From: Bugula neritina
Taxonomy: Eukaryota; Animalia; Bryozoa
Direction: 5' to 3'
Assembly (NCBI GenBank): GCA_964035545.1
Contig: OZ037771.1
Span: forward strand, 15,223,289-15,287,288
DNA: 64,000 nt
In this document: one piece after another, positions 13,201 through 25,603 of the stretch
How positions within the stretch are numbered: the first letter of the stretch is position 1
How the letters are laid out: every line of letters starts with the position of its first letter
Position numbers and translations under genes: made by a program
The notes under the pieces: model-generated
Databases searched by the model: none
What the model was told of the DNA's origin: nothing
The model's input: only the letters and a program-made list of their open reading frames with translations

Positions 13201-15968
13201 GGGCAGCTGCACTGAGGACCAACTACTATTGCTACCATGTCCTAGTTTCACAATTTTTCCACAATTAAACTTAACTTCTACCCCTTCACTCCCCCCCCCA
13301 CTCAGTAGCAAACTAGTGACGCATTTTTTTTCAGAGTCTGACATTTTTCCTGTTAGAGGCACATATTTTCATTGTGACAGAAGAATTTCATAGACTGTGA
13401 TGCTGGTGCCCCAGAATATTACGTAAAGTAAAACATGGGCTACACACAGTACACACAGTATACACACAGTACACACACAGTATACACAGTACACACACAG
13501 TACACACACAGTACACACACAGTATACACACAGTATACACACAGTACACACACAGTATACACACAGTACACACACAGTATACACAGTACACACACACAGT
13601 ACACACACAGTATACACACAGTATACACACAGTATACACACAGTATACACACACAGTACACACAGAGTACACACACAGTACACACAGTATACACTACACA
13701 GTACACACACAGAGTACACACACAGTATACACACACTATACACACAGTATACACACACAGTACACACAGAGTACACACACAGTACACACAGTATACACTA
13801 CACAGTATACACTACACAATATACACACACAGTACACACACAGTACACACAGAGTACACACACAGTACACACAGTATACACACAGTATACACACAGTATA
13901 CACACAGTATACACACAGTACACACACACAGTATACACACAGTACACACAGTATACACACACAGTATACACACACAGTATACACACAGTACACACAGTAT
14001 ACACACACTATACACACAGTATACACACACTATACACAGTACACACACAGTACACACACAGTATACACACAGTATACACACAGTACACACACAGTACACA
14101 CACAGTACACACAGTATACACACAGTACACACACAGTATACACACAGTACACACACAGTATACACACAGTATACACACAGTATATACACAGTATACACAC
14201 AGTATATACACAGTACACACACAGTATACACACAGTATATACACAGTACACACACAGTATATACACAGTACCCACACGAGTCTCTCACCGGTAAACTTGA
14301 AGCCTGAAGCTGCCAGACTCTTGGGAGACACGACGTCTTTGATTGGCCAGCTGCTAAAGGACCGCCTGCGCTGATACTCGTAGTTGAAGCTGTCGGTAGC
14401 GAGTCCTTGCACTTCCTGTTGCCGACTAGACTTCAGCAACTCAATCTGCTGCTTGTCCAGGATGTGCCTGTTAAGGAAGAGAAGTTACTTATCAGATAGT
14501 ACAGTAAGAAGAGTGTCTTTAGTTGAAATGATCCCGTTAAATATTCTTACAGTGTAACTTACCAGACAGAGTTTTCTGGGTAAATTTCAGGTTTTTAATT
14601 ACGCAATAAAGTTTCATAATTAAAATATTTTTTGTTATTTATAACTATATTTAGATAAATAAATAGAATATGTGGTACTAGCGTGGCATATTATACAGTT
14701 TATTATACAGTTTAGTATACGAGTTTATTTCAAACATATTTTCCATATTTATTGCTATAACTCCACAGTGTAATAAATCGGTAGTAGTTGTGGGCAGAAA
14801 AGTTATTTTAAAACAAGAGAAGGCAACTTCTAAATAGATAATAGATATATTTACAAAGGGGTGCTTGCATGACCAAACAATATAAAACAGACCGAAATAC
14901 AAAGTTTCATGAAATGCATACACAAGTATTATCCACAGTATATTAACAGGAAGCTGTTAGCTTGGTTTCCCGACCAATAGATTGAGGACTTACTTCAGTT
15001 GCCGATTAGCCTGATAGATTCGGAGCAACTCGTCGGGGTTGGTGGGCAGCTCGTCGCCCCCATCTACGTTATCCCCGGCTGTGTTCTGAATGGTCAGGTG
15101 ACCCGCGTCACTGGAGGGTCTCACCAAGTCGGGAGTGACCTCAATGTCCAGGGGAAGGTCAGCGAATGTCTCATCACGAGGTCTGTGTAGAGGCAGCACC
15201 TGATCTAACACCACTGTTGATGATATGATGTCAGGAAACTGGATCTCTAAATCTCTGATGTTCAGAGAATCATTCTCTCTGAGAAAGTTGCATCCTTGAA
15301 ATAGGAGAACTTACTTTAAGTGAAGGCAACACCAGAGTAAACTAATAAATGAAATGAAGTGAGTCAGATGCTTACTGATGCTAACTAGATTAGTTACATT
15401 AAGTGAAGACAACTCCTGAATTACAAAGTTAATGCAGCTCATTTATTATTGAGTTAATCATTTTTAAAGTAAATATTTCTACTAAAACAGCAGGTTTTTT
15501 CATCTAGCTGAAGAAATTTCATGATTCCTTGAAATAAAAAAATTGCCTCAGCTAATAACAAAATCAATTTAATATTGAGTCTATTTATTTTATTTATTAA
15601 TTTTTTTAAAAGCAAAAATTTCAACTTGAAAAAGGAGGTAGCGCCACTTGATTTATTTTCATGCAACAGAATTTATATCTCAATTTTATAAAATAGAAAA
15701 AGTAGCCTCAGCAGCTAGCAATATATAAAGACTGAGCTCTAAGTGGCTAGTCGCCTCCACCTTTAGAATAAGTCCTGTGCCAGGCGAGGATGGAGTGGGC
15801 CGAGTGGAGGTTCGACAATTCAAGATGGCAGAAAGGACACTTGATCTGCTGGTTCTCCGACTGTATAAAGCCGGCAGTTGAGAGGAGAATAGCAGAAACA
15901 GGAAGTTGAGGCTCCCCGCTGAATGTTTTCAACCGTTCTCGATGGCTACGATAGTCACTGCTGGCCAT
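4272..15968 (-). CDS. Inhibitor of apoptosis protein, 3xBIR-UBA-like-RING (cIAP/DIAP2-like), 10 coding exons, ~641 aa
   Basis: Phase-consistent GT-AG exons: 15968-15761, 15294-14994, 14467-14289, 7716-7600, 7092-6835, 6706-6507, 6297-6175, 5363-5009, 4921-4832, 4366-4272 (sum 1926 nt). BIR1 RLKTF..AGF..CPFC..H..C; BIR2 RRSFSSWP..ASGFKFTG..CVYC..W..H..C; BIR3 REATFLTWP..CFSC..W..H..C. UBA-like MDSPAAQAVLDM..GGNDF..ADLVRAIL. RING CKICMD..FLPCGH.VCC..CA.....CPLCR..VKGTVRAYL. Confidence 0.92.
4410..4815. repeat. 30-bp minisatellite (GTAGTATAGAGACAGTATTACCAGGGTACA/C, ~13 copies) filling the last IAP intron
   Basis: Direct reading. Confidence 0.95.
5572..5862. mobile_element. Possible MITE in IAP intron 7
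   Basis: Ends TCAGTAACAA...GAGAC and GTCTC...TTCTTACTGA form an imperfect inverted repeat; interior is CpG-richer than the flanks. Confidence 0.3.
6312..6482. repeat. 34-bp minisatellite filling IAP intron 6; units carry GTAAGT motifs on the sense strand
   Basis: Sense unit CTCACAGTAAGTACTGTATGTACATGTAAGTTAC, ~5 copies. Confidence 0.9.
10250..12900 (-). pseudogene. Possible highly decayed hAT-type transposase relic inside the 6.5-kb IAP intron 3
   Basis: Only scattered motifs, in hAT order: RFSII..KTTIS, INLVLKN, STEAEETFLNVK (compare the SxERxFS dimerisation motif). Many stops. Confidence 0.25.
13440..14272. repeat. (CA)n/CAGTAT compound microsatellite directly after the IAP exon 3 donor
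   Basis: ACACACAGT(A/AC) units; source of spurious ORFs. Confidence 0.95.
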
Positions 15969-17739
15969 ATTATATCAGCTCGCATGGAGAAGGGCTCTAT
16001 ATTTCATCGTTCTGAAAATCTATCAGATTAAAATGTTGTAAATTGTAGCGTTTCTCACTTTTATCTGGCATTTTACTCAAGTTTTTCAAACAACAAAAGC
16101 AACTTCTCATTAGGGAGTGTTTTACTCCTGTAGTTGAATTTATAAAATATTAAACAACTTTTTTTTAACAAATCTATTTTGTTTTAGCGTACCATACAAT
16201 TGAATAAAGAGATGAGACCAGTTTGGACATTAATTTTATACCGAGGGAATATAAATGGACATAATATTTACGTACAAATAACAAAACTTTTACAGGTGAA
16301 TGGTAGCAGCAGCATTGAAAAGAAAGTGGGAAAATCCAACAGCACTGCTACTGTTGGAACAAGACTAGTAATCCGAAGCTGCAATGATTGGCTTATTGGA
16401 GATCCAATGTTCAAACAGCTGACATTCTCTTACAACTTGCAAGCAGTTGGGAAGTACTTTTAGGTTAACAACACATGGTTGCATAATTGTTGGCAGATAA
16501 TCTTAATTTCAAAATTTCTAAAAAATATTATGCTGTAATTTGCAGATCAACTGCTTTATTTTATTGGTCAGTTTAGAAACACTAATGGTTACATTTCCAA
16601 AAACACTGTTCTAACAGATGTATTACTTCCCCCAGCATGAAATAGATTCTCATTCATAAAAAAACTGTTTAAAATGCTTTTAGAGGAAAAGTCAAATGTG
16701 CTGATTGTAGAAGTAGTTTTCGAAAGCAGAAATGTCAATATTTAGATAAATGATGTGTCAATAATACAGCAATTAAATTATGTTAAGAAACCATGGTGTT
16801 GTGTTATTAAGGTTGTTGACCACTTTTTTAACTTTAAAAACCATAGCTAAAGTTTTAAAACAGAAAATAACTAATAAGTTGGCAGCTCAACAAACTTTTT
16901 TGATAGGCATGCTAGTTTGAAATAAATTGCTATTTAGCTAATATGACAATGATATTGCATTTTAATTTTGCAGAACCCCTCTCAGCTTTATTTGGTGGAC
17001 ATATTTGTAATCAGCATATAGTAAATTTTCATGAATTTAGAACAAACTGATGCAGAGATACAAAGAAATTATAAACTTGAAAAATGAATGATTAAGGCTT
17101 AGCTTAGTTACCCTTGGGTATCATTTGCCTATTACTCAATAATGCACATCATAAAGGCACATTTCAAAGCATTGGAACCTTAAATTTAGCCTGATGGGTA
17201 GGTATATTTGAATTATAAAGAATCGTCTGGTGCATGGTGGCCATCTTGAATTTATCAAAATGCTCAAGGGTAAGAAGTCTACACCCAGCTGGAAACATTT
17301 ACCTAGACCCTATATTTCAATAATCAGAAGAAAAAAAACTTTATCCAGGATTGCGAACCTAAGTCAAAAATTGGCATTTTTCTACCAGACTATGATAGTT
17401 AATAGCTATACTTACAGTTATTGTTACTGTTAGGAATACTAATAGTCAATAGTCTGTTAATATTAAGTATAAGTTATACTAAAAATAATACTCATAAGTT
17501 ATAGCATATTAAAATATTAGATTCAATATGAAATATTACCCCAGTTTATCATTACCTTAGTTGAGGTAGGGCTTCCGCAGCGACTGGAATGTCTCTAGTG
17601 ACAACTTATATTAGACCAGGGTTACCACTTGTAAAAGCATTTGTTGTTTAGTAATTAGTTATTATATTCTCAGTGACAGAACACTAGTGTGGAACATGCT
17701 TTTCCTAGCTTTCCTCTAGCAGCCGCTCGAGTGGTTACA

Positions 17740-18420
17740 GTTACAAGCTCCCAGTCTTCAATAATCTCATTATAGGCTCTAGATAGAGTTTGGTGTTGAT
17801 CCTCATTCTGAAGAGTTCAGGTCAGTAAACACAGTAAATGATTTTTTCTTTGTCTTCTAGCTACCGGTGTCTTAACTCATCTCTCGTTTCAGATACACTG
17901 ACAGTGCATCCCTTCATATTTCTTATGAACCGTATGGCAATGTTCGGGACCACCCCTATATCATGCACCTTGCTTCTAGCCACAGGATCCCAAACCACAT
18001 CTGCACAATCAGGTATAAGCCTACACAGACTTGTATAAGCCAGTAGCTTAGCGTCCTTTGGGCATCATGCATTAACTGCTTGATCCCTCCAAGGACTTTC
18101 CGGGACTTGGTAGACTTATTATTTATATGCTGAATAAATCTTAGGTTGAATGGTCTTAGATTGAATGGTTACCCCAAGATGTTTAGTGCTTTCTGCCCAA
18201 GCAAGGCATGTGGTACCGAGTTTGTAATGTGATATGGGGGTTACTTTACCTAAATCGATTGCCTGGCATTTGTTTCCATGGAAGAGAATTTACCATTTTA
18301 TAGACCACTCATATACTAATACAGTGTTGATGTTATTTTGGAATAGTTCTGCATCCTTAGTGGTGTTCATAATTTGAAAAAGTAGATTAGTACTATAATT
18401 ATCAGCATAGAAGCCAACTA
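17740..18420 (-). mobile_element. Decayed non-LTR retrotransposon (CR1/L2-like LINE), RT C-terminal fragment
   Basis: Minus-strand translation gives GFYADN (YADD-like), DAELFQNNI..VYEWSIKW..FHGNKCQ, KHLGVTIQS, YTSLCRLIPDCADVVWDP, with stops and frameshifts. Confidence 0.75.
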
Positions 18421-19267
18421 AAATTACTATCACCATTAGTATTACTATTAGTAAATATCAGACTTCTTAGCCATTGAATTTGATTATGATGATGGTAAAA
18501 TCAAATTAAAATAGAAGTGATACTCGTTGACTTTGATACTTGAGTCATACTGATACTGATAGTGACACTCATAACACTAACAGTAACTGATTAACTTTAG
18601 CTGTTACTTTAAGTTTAAGTTTAACTCACAACTCACAAGACTAAGCCATACGGCATCCGTATACTTATAGTCATAGTCATACTGATACACTCATACTGAT
18701 CCTCATTGACCATTGCTGTATCAGTTATCACTATCAGTAGCAGCATGACTATCAACTACGAGTATGACCATGCTCACTGATGCTGCTCGTGCTACTGATA
18801 GTGATAGAGTTAGAGTAAGTGTAACCGTCCAACAGGGATACTCATAGTGATAGTCATAGTCATACACTGATATATAAAGTGATAGTCAACGTGACTGAAA
18901 TTAAAATCGCCATTAATTATACTTGTAGTTGTAGTGTTAGTAGTAATTAATATTACTAAACGAGCAGTAGTTGAATATTTATATAACATTCACACATTTA
19001 TGCGATTTTTATTTCATCAGCTTCTGGGCTATCTAATACCTCGCCATCAACTTCCTGTGATTTAATGAAAAACTGCTGAAATGGTTCTTTTTAATTTTTA
19101 TTTTATTGTTGTTACGCTAAAGGTTAATATAAAAAAGTTGATTATTTTTCAGTTTTTTTGGCCAAGTGAATAGGTTAAGCCTATGAAAATAAGCTGTCGA
19201 AGGGTTTAGATTTTTGTGAGGCGTTATCGGAAGTAAACAATCGGCTAGCTGTCTATTAGTATTACCA

Positions 19268-20092
19268 CTGAACTGAAACTATTGCCCATAACACACTACA
19301 GTCGAAACGCGACTGTGGCGGCCATTTTGGAGCTGCTTGCGCATGCCTTCAACGTCACGTCCTACTTTTTGCTGGTCACACTACAGTTCACTACAAACGA
19401 TGAAAGCTAACTGTCTAGCCCCGCAGTAAACTTTTAACCAATAGGAATGCCATAAACCAGTTTCTGCAGTATCCACAGTAACCAACAATTAATCTTAGCC
19501 CAATTTTTTGAGATTTACTAGCATAATTTAATAAGATTTTCTAGTTATTTTTATTCTAATTTACTAGCTTCAATTATTCAAAATTACTAGCTTTATTTAA
19601 TGATATTACTTAGCTTTATTCAAGCTCATTCACTAGCCTAAAGAACTAAATAGTTATAGTACGCTAATAAAATTCAACCAAATTAGAAAAACTAAATATG
19701 CAGATAAAATTTAGCAAAATTTATCTAATGAATACTTATTTTCATGATTTATTGAAACTTTCATACATAACTTCATCATAATTATTTTAAAAGTAAATTA
19801 ATATAATTTTCGAAGAACCAAATCAAATAATAATGCTCGCTAGTAGCACGTGGAAAAAGTAAAAGCACTTAACCAATCAGGGTTTACCTGGCCAGTCAGT
19901 GATTGGCTGATCGCTCAACTTCAGCGATGACAGTTGAACATGTTGAACTTTCATCGCATCGCGAAAAACTGACAGTTGCGTTCAGTTGTGACGTCACAGA
20001 GGTCAACGCTTAGCCTCGAAAACGCGTTCAAGATGGCCGTTTTGACTGTAGTGTGGCAGCCCCATATAAGGGGGTTATAGTTATAGTTCAAT
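19268..20092. mobile_element. Candidate non-autonomous TIR element (MITE)
   Basis: CACACTACAGTCGAAACG...GGCCATTTTG at ~19292 is inverse to CAAGATGGCCGTTTTGACTGTAGTGTG at ~20030-20055. Outer TGAACT..AACTAT also mirrored; AT-rich core. Confidence 0.5.
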
Positions 20093-20542
20093 GAGTATTA
20101 CTATTTAGTATTATTAGAATTAGTATTTAGTATTGCACCTTTGCAAGGTGTTGTGGAGTCACCCTGCATCAGTTAGAAGTTGGTAGAGTCTATGTAGACA
20201 TACATGTGAACAGCCTTATAGATAATCATTATGCAATGTTTAATATTTAAGCTCCACCTATTTCAGCAACCAACTTTCTTATTTTCTCTCAACAGATCAT
20301 TATTTAATATTTATGTTTGCTAAATCTTAGTAAGCAAAAAGGTTAGATCTTAAGTTATACCTAGGAGACCTATTAACTTTGTCAATTTAGCAAAAACAAA
20401 AATGCTCAACTGAAGACCTAATAGTTTTCTGTTTTTGTTTGTTTTTTTCTATCTTATTATTGTAGACAAACAATAACTATAAGTCAAGAATCATAAGCAA
20501 CGTGTGTAGATTTTTAAATTAGTTGTAGTTGTCTTCTTTTAT

Positions 20543-20955
20543 TGTTACGTGTATAGGGAGTGCACAACTCTGAGATATTCGCATCAACATAGCTATAATG
20601 TGGGTGCGGCTTGTGTGAGTGTTGAGATATAAAACAGAGCAGGTATGAGAGAAATTGTGAGCAGATTGAGTGAATTGAGTGATTGAAGACTGTGGAAAGA
20701 GGAGAATATATAAGTCTTAATAGAACAAAATATGTTAGGGTGTATTAGTGAGTGCTAGCCTAGGATCATTGACGGCGGAGCACCCACAGACAAATACCAT
20801 AACCCAGAGACAGACGGACAGGAGCTGGAGTTACCTTGCAGCCAAGCAACCCGTGCCTATATACTGACCCGAGCTCACCCGAAGGCTACAACCCAATGAT
20901 ATTATTCGGTGACTTTGAAGTAACTCCAAAACTGCCATATCCCGATAATATAACA
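20543..20955. mobile_element. Candidate solo LTR (~413 bp)
   Basis: TGTTA...TAACA inverted termini, internal TATAAAA at ~20628, GC-richer than the flanks; no clean TSD. Confidence 0.4.
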
Positions 20956-21226
20956 TATATATAACATATATCTGAATAACTATGATCACATTTTATAAAA
21001 CTAATTCTTTTCAAGAGCTTTTCTCCCAAAAAATTGTTAGACGCAATACCAATTTGGGGGTTGTTATACCACTGAAAAAATATTTCTCAGTAAATATATA
21101 TATAAATAAATATATATAAATAAATAAATATATATAAATAAATATATATAAATATATATATATAGTAAAATGAGTGTTTATGAAACGTTACTAGAGTGCT
21201 CTATAGAAATAAATCTAGAGCATAAC

Positions 21227-21412
21227 CATTAGAAGAAATAAAATGAGATTTGATTAATATAATGGCATTTATTACTAGTAGTTTCATACACAAAAACGAT
21301 GTGCACATGTCAGATAAATTTGCCACTATTTATCTGACGAGTGCACATCGTTTTTGTGTATGAAACTACTAGTAATAAATGCCATTATATTAATCAATTC
21401 TCATTTTATTTC

Positions 21413-21420
<8 letters not shown>
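21227..21420. mobile_element. Minimal palindromic Penelope-like (PLE) insertion: two inverted pseudo-LTR arms next to (TA)n
   Basis: ~92-bp arms nearly perfectly inverted around a ~8-nt loop (~21320-21327); the right arm holds a hammerhead core. Confidence 0.75.
21328..21380 (+). ncRNA. Type I minimal hammerhead ribozyme
   Basis: ATTTAT CTGACGA GTGCAC-loop-GTGTAT GAAA CT-act-AG TA ATAAAT: conserved core, stems I-III, GUA cleavage triplet. Confidence 0.8.
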
Positions 21421-21485
<65 letters not shown>

Positions 21486-21564
21486 ATTGTATCGTGAGAT
21501 TTTTAAAAAAAAACAGCCGATAAAAAAGTGCTCAAATTATTATGTGTATAATAATGAGCAATTA

Positions 21565-21880
21565 TATTATTGAGAAAAAGAGCAATTTAATTATATAGAT
21601 GTTGTTTTATTGCACTACTAATAGTTTCATGCCTCTTCGGCACTCCTCAGGCACAATATTGACGAATTTGAATTTTTACATTAAGAAAATCAAAATGCTA
21701 AACGCAAGGTAAAACGTAACGAAGACATAGCAGTGGCTGTATTGTTATATAGGTTTGTAGGTGTAAATCAATGTATAAAAAAATCATAATGTAATGTAAA
21801 AACACAATTTATAGCAGATGCATGAGGTTTTTGTTGGGTGACTATTCTCTATGGATATTTGTATATTATTTACTATAGTA
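21565..21880 (-). mobile_element. PLE 3' end (pseudo-LTR) fragment, diverged inverted copy of 24350-24660
   Basis: Reverse-complement similarity to the 3'UTR of the PLE at 23660-24662; followed by (TA)n. Confidence 0.75.
21609..21657 (-). ncRNA. Type I minimal hammerhead ribozyme
   Basis: ATTGTGC CTGAGGA GTGCC gaaga GGCAT GAAA CTA t TAG TA GTGCAAT. Confidence 0.8.
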
Positions 21881-21886
21881 CTTTAA

Positions 21887-21950
<64 letters not shown>

Positions 21951-23132
21951 CATGCCAAATATTTACTACAAATTTCAAAAATAGCATAAATTAAGTATAG
22001 TATTACCGTGCCTATTTGCATCCAATTCACTAGTCTTACATTTATAGCAACTGTAACGTATTTTGCGTAAAATGGTTATTGCAAGCATTATTCAATTCAT
22101 ATTCACATTGTAATCACAGCGAAGCTTAAACTTTATAGCTTTGTATTTACGTGCATGAGTGAGTTTTAATCCTTCTTTTAATTTTATGTACATTAAAAAA
22201 GTGTTTAAAAATTTTACCAATAAACAAAACTAAAAAAAATGTACACATAAAATAGAAAAAAAAATAAAATAACAAAGGGGACAAAATTTTTCCTTTATAA
22301 CTTATATAAACTCCCTGTACCAATCTCGGCATAATGGCGCCTATATGATTCTGTAAGTTTTTTCTAAAGTCAACACTCCTAATATATACCACTCTGCCCT
22401 TAACTATCCTGTGTAGTGCTACAAGAACTTTATATTCTATCCTACTTGCTACCAAATATGTATTGTCTTCTCTTTGATACAGAATTTATTTCACATGTAA
22501 ACCATGTGTTCATATGCACCTGCAGAGTAGATATTTAAAAAGTTCTTAGTTTATCTTAATTTCGCATGTTTACATGTTTTAAATAAATTTCAATTTGCAA
22601 TAGACTGGCAAGTAAGATTCTCTGCTTTGTTTAAATGTGTACATAATGTAACTTTTTGCTTCATATGCATTTAAGCAACAGCATTTAAAAATATAACTTT
22701 TACCACTAATATATAAAACATCGTCTTCTCTCACAAAAAATTGGTGTTGAACATTATTTTCAATATTTGGATCTACCTGAAGGAGCATAAAGCTAATCTG
22801 ATCTTCATAAACATGAAAAAGGCTGTAGGTTTAGATTCTGCAAGGCGCTGTCATCATGAGCACAAATTCAATGAACAATTTATGGAGACAGTGTGTTCTT
22901 CCTGATAGTTTGAAATTAAAAATCCCAGACTAGGCACTTCGAACCTAAAACTTCTTCACTTGTATATAGCACCTTTGCAGAGTTATGTGCCCTCCCTCAA
23001 TAGTTGATAAAATAATGCAATTTGTAAATATTTGAGCTCCACCTACTACACAAATTCATGTCATTATCTTCTCTCGGTAACAAATCGTTATTTGCATGTG
23101 CTAGATCTTAGTACGCAAATATTTATTATATG

Positions 23133-23181
<49 letters not shown>

Positions 23182-23218
23182 GTATATATATGTATATATA
23201 TATATATGTATATATATG

Positions 23219-23285
<67 letters not shown>

Positions 23286-23287
<2 letters not shown>

Positions 23288-23523
23288 GTAATAATGGCAC
23301 TGGCAAGAATAGTAAAAATGAATAAGTAGGAAAAAATGGCATATTTTCAATTTTAGGCTTTTGGGTGAGGTTTGGGGTTTGGGGTGGGGATTTAGGTTTG
23401 GAAATGGGTGTTTGAGCTTAAGGTTGGGTTTCATGGGTGAAGGGTTCGGGAAAATTTAACATTAGTGTGCCTTTTATTCCTACTTTTACATTTATGCTCT
23501 TATTACCAGTGCCATTTTTACCT
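23286..23523. mobile_element. MITE-like element with ~60-bp imperfect TIRs and a GGTTTG/GG-rich core, adjacent to (TA)n
   Basis: AGGTAATAATGGCACTGGCAAGAATAG versus the reverse complement of the right end, AGGTAAAAATGGCACTGGTAATAAGAG. Confidence 0.7.
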
Positions 23524-23659
23524 AAAATCACCTGGGGCTATTTTGACAGTGGAGAACCTTCTTTGTGTTCAATAGTGATACTATACTACATTGACCTAGC
23601 TAATCTGAACTTGTTATTTAACAGTAGGAAAAGCATGAAATCTTTAAATTTTCGCAGTT

Positions 23660-24656
23660 TTTTTGGTACAATTCCCACCATACAGCCAACATATAACCAC
23701 AAAAATTGCAAAAAACTTCTTTAAAATCATGATTGAGGAATTTCCGAAACAACACCCACTCTATAAAAAAATCAACGAAAACAATATAAAAGTTAGCTAT
23801 AGCTGCATGCTAAACATAAAACAGACCATAAATGCCCACAATAACAGAATTTTAAAGAAACAAAAGCAACAAAACAAAACCCCCAGAAAAAACTGCAACT
23901 GGAGAGAAAAAGAAAGTTGCCCACTGAAAGGAAACTGTCAGGAGAGCAGAGTAATATACCAAGCAACTGTGGAAACTACCGAAAACGAACCTGCAACATA
24001 CATATTGGCCTAAGTGAAGGACCGTTCAAACTAAGATACGCAAACCACAAATCATCATTCAAAAACAAGGAGAAAGCAAATCAAACAGAACTTAGCAAAT
24101 ACATTTGGCAATTAACTGACAAAAACATTAAACATAATTTGACTTGGGAAATATTAAGGAGAGCCAAACCATACAACACAATTACCAAAAGGTGTAATTT
24201 ATGCCTATGGGAATGTTTCTTTATTTTATACAAACCCAACATGTGTACTTTAAACAGGCGAAACGAACTCTTATCAACCTGCCGACTCTCAAAAAAATTC
24301 TTACTGTGCAACCACAAAACCTAGAAACTCTGTAGCCTATTTATATTTGATGTACATGTACTATAGTAAATAATATCCAAATGCCTATAAAGTAAAATCA
24401 CCCAACAACAACTTCATGCATCTGCTATAAATTGTGTTTTTACATTATGTGTTTATTTTATATATTTAATTACACTTACAAACCTATATAACAACAAAGC
24501 CACTGCTGTGTTTGCGCTACGTTCTACGTTATGTTCCGCATGTTGATTTTCTTAATGTAAAAATTTAAATCCACCAATACTGTGCCTGGGGAATGCCGAA
24601 GAGGCATGAAACTATTAGTAGCGCAATAAAACATCCAATTAAATTGCTCTTTTCTT

Positions 24657-24662
<6 letters not shown>
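23660..24662 (+). mobile_element. 5'-truncated, frameshifted Penelope-like retroelement (C-terminal GIY-YIG with CxLC/CRH tail, Hydra-like type)
   Basis: PPYS..KVSYSCM.NIK..I..HN..CN(W)..CPLKGNC..VIYQA / (Y)IGLSEGPFKLRYANHKSSF..ELSKYIW..CNLCLWE..LNRRNEL..CRL. Frameshift at ~24000; 3'UTR ends in a hammerhead-like motif, then (TA)n. Confidence 0.88.
24579..24627 (+). ncRNA. Degenerate hammerhead ribozyme (core CTGGGGA, likely inactive)
   Basis: Homolog of 21609-21657 with the core A changed to G. Confidence 0.55.
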
Positions 24663-24728
<66 letters not shown>

Positions 24729-24856
24729 GTATGCTGATTGTCAATCTAGTTGGAGTTCCAGCAAAGTAAAGTGCTCGATATCACGGGTGACAGAGCTAAT
24801 ATAATGTAGTGTGTTCAGATTGTTAATGATACATATATATTTTTTATTTAAAAAAT

Positions 24857-24910
24857 CTCCCCGTCGACTATATAGTTTCGTACAGTAAACTGCACTCGTC
24901 AGGTGTTAGA
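24857..24910 (-). ncRNA. Hammerhead ribozyme in the 3' pseudo-LTR (stem I partly disrupted)
   Basis: CTAACAC CTGACGA GTGCAG ttta CTGTAC GAAA CTATATAG TC GACGGGG. Confidence 0.65.
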
Positions 24911-25499
24911 CTAAAAATAAATAAAATCTATGAAGCATACCGATTATTCAAATTTTTACATAAAGAAAATTATCATGCTAAACACAACGTAAAATGAAAT
25001 GCAAACATAGTAGTGAATTTGGTGTTATCTATTAATTAATTAAATTGCTCTTTTTCTAAAGGATTAGACTATAAAAGCTAGATGTTTGATGGAAAGGGTA
25101 ATTTATAATAGGTAGTACTATGGTTGAGAATTGTTAGTATTGTTATGTGATGTTGCCCAGGTAGTGCTTACGTGCATGTCTGCATGTGGATAGAATCTCA
25201 TTTCTGTTATTAAGGGAAGATTTGCTGGGCTGGTATATTATGAAATATTTTTCCCATAGGCAGAGGTTGCACCTTTTAGTGACTTTGTTGTATGAGTTGG
25301 TCTTTTTCATAATTTTCCATGTTATGTCAAAATGGGTGTTCTTGTCTTTTAGTTTCCAGATATATTTGCTCAATTCAGTATGGTTCTTTTTTGTTTTGTT
25401 GTTAAAAGTTGATTTGTGGTTATACAATCTGGTTTTGAATTCTGTTTCTGATGTTCCCACGTAAGTCTGGGGTTGGCTGCCATCTTTATTTATTTTTAG

Positions 25500-25551
25500 T
25501 CTAACACCTGACGAGTGCAGTTTACTGTACGAAACTATATAGTCGTGTGAG
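25500..25551 (+). ncRNA. Type I minimal hammerhead ribozyme in the inverted pseudo-LTR
   Basis: TCTAACAC CTGACGA GTGCAG ttta CTGTAC GAAA CTATATAG TC GTGTGAGA; GUC triplet, palindromic stem III. Confidence 0.8.
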
Positions 25552-25603
25552 ATTTTTTAAATAAAAGAATATATATGTATCATTAACAATCTGAACACAC
25601 TAC

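Noticed and set aside
13369-14307. Multiple long C/V/Y- or T/H/Q-rich ORFs
   Set aside because: Translations of an intronic microsatellite; only 14467-14289 is exonic.
16910-17395. Possible DNA-transposon remnant upstream of the IAP gene
   Set aside because: Only a generic GGCCATCTTG motif and a weak terminal match; not supportable without a repeat library.
22147-22788. Two short minus-strand ORFs between PLE pieces
   Set aside because: No recognisable motif or consistent exon chain.
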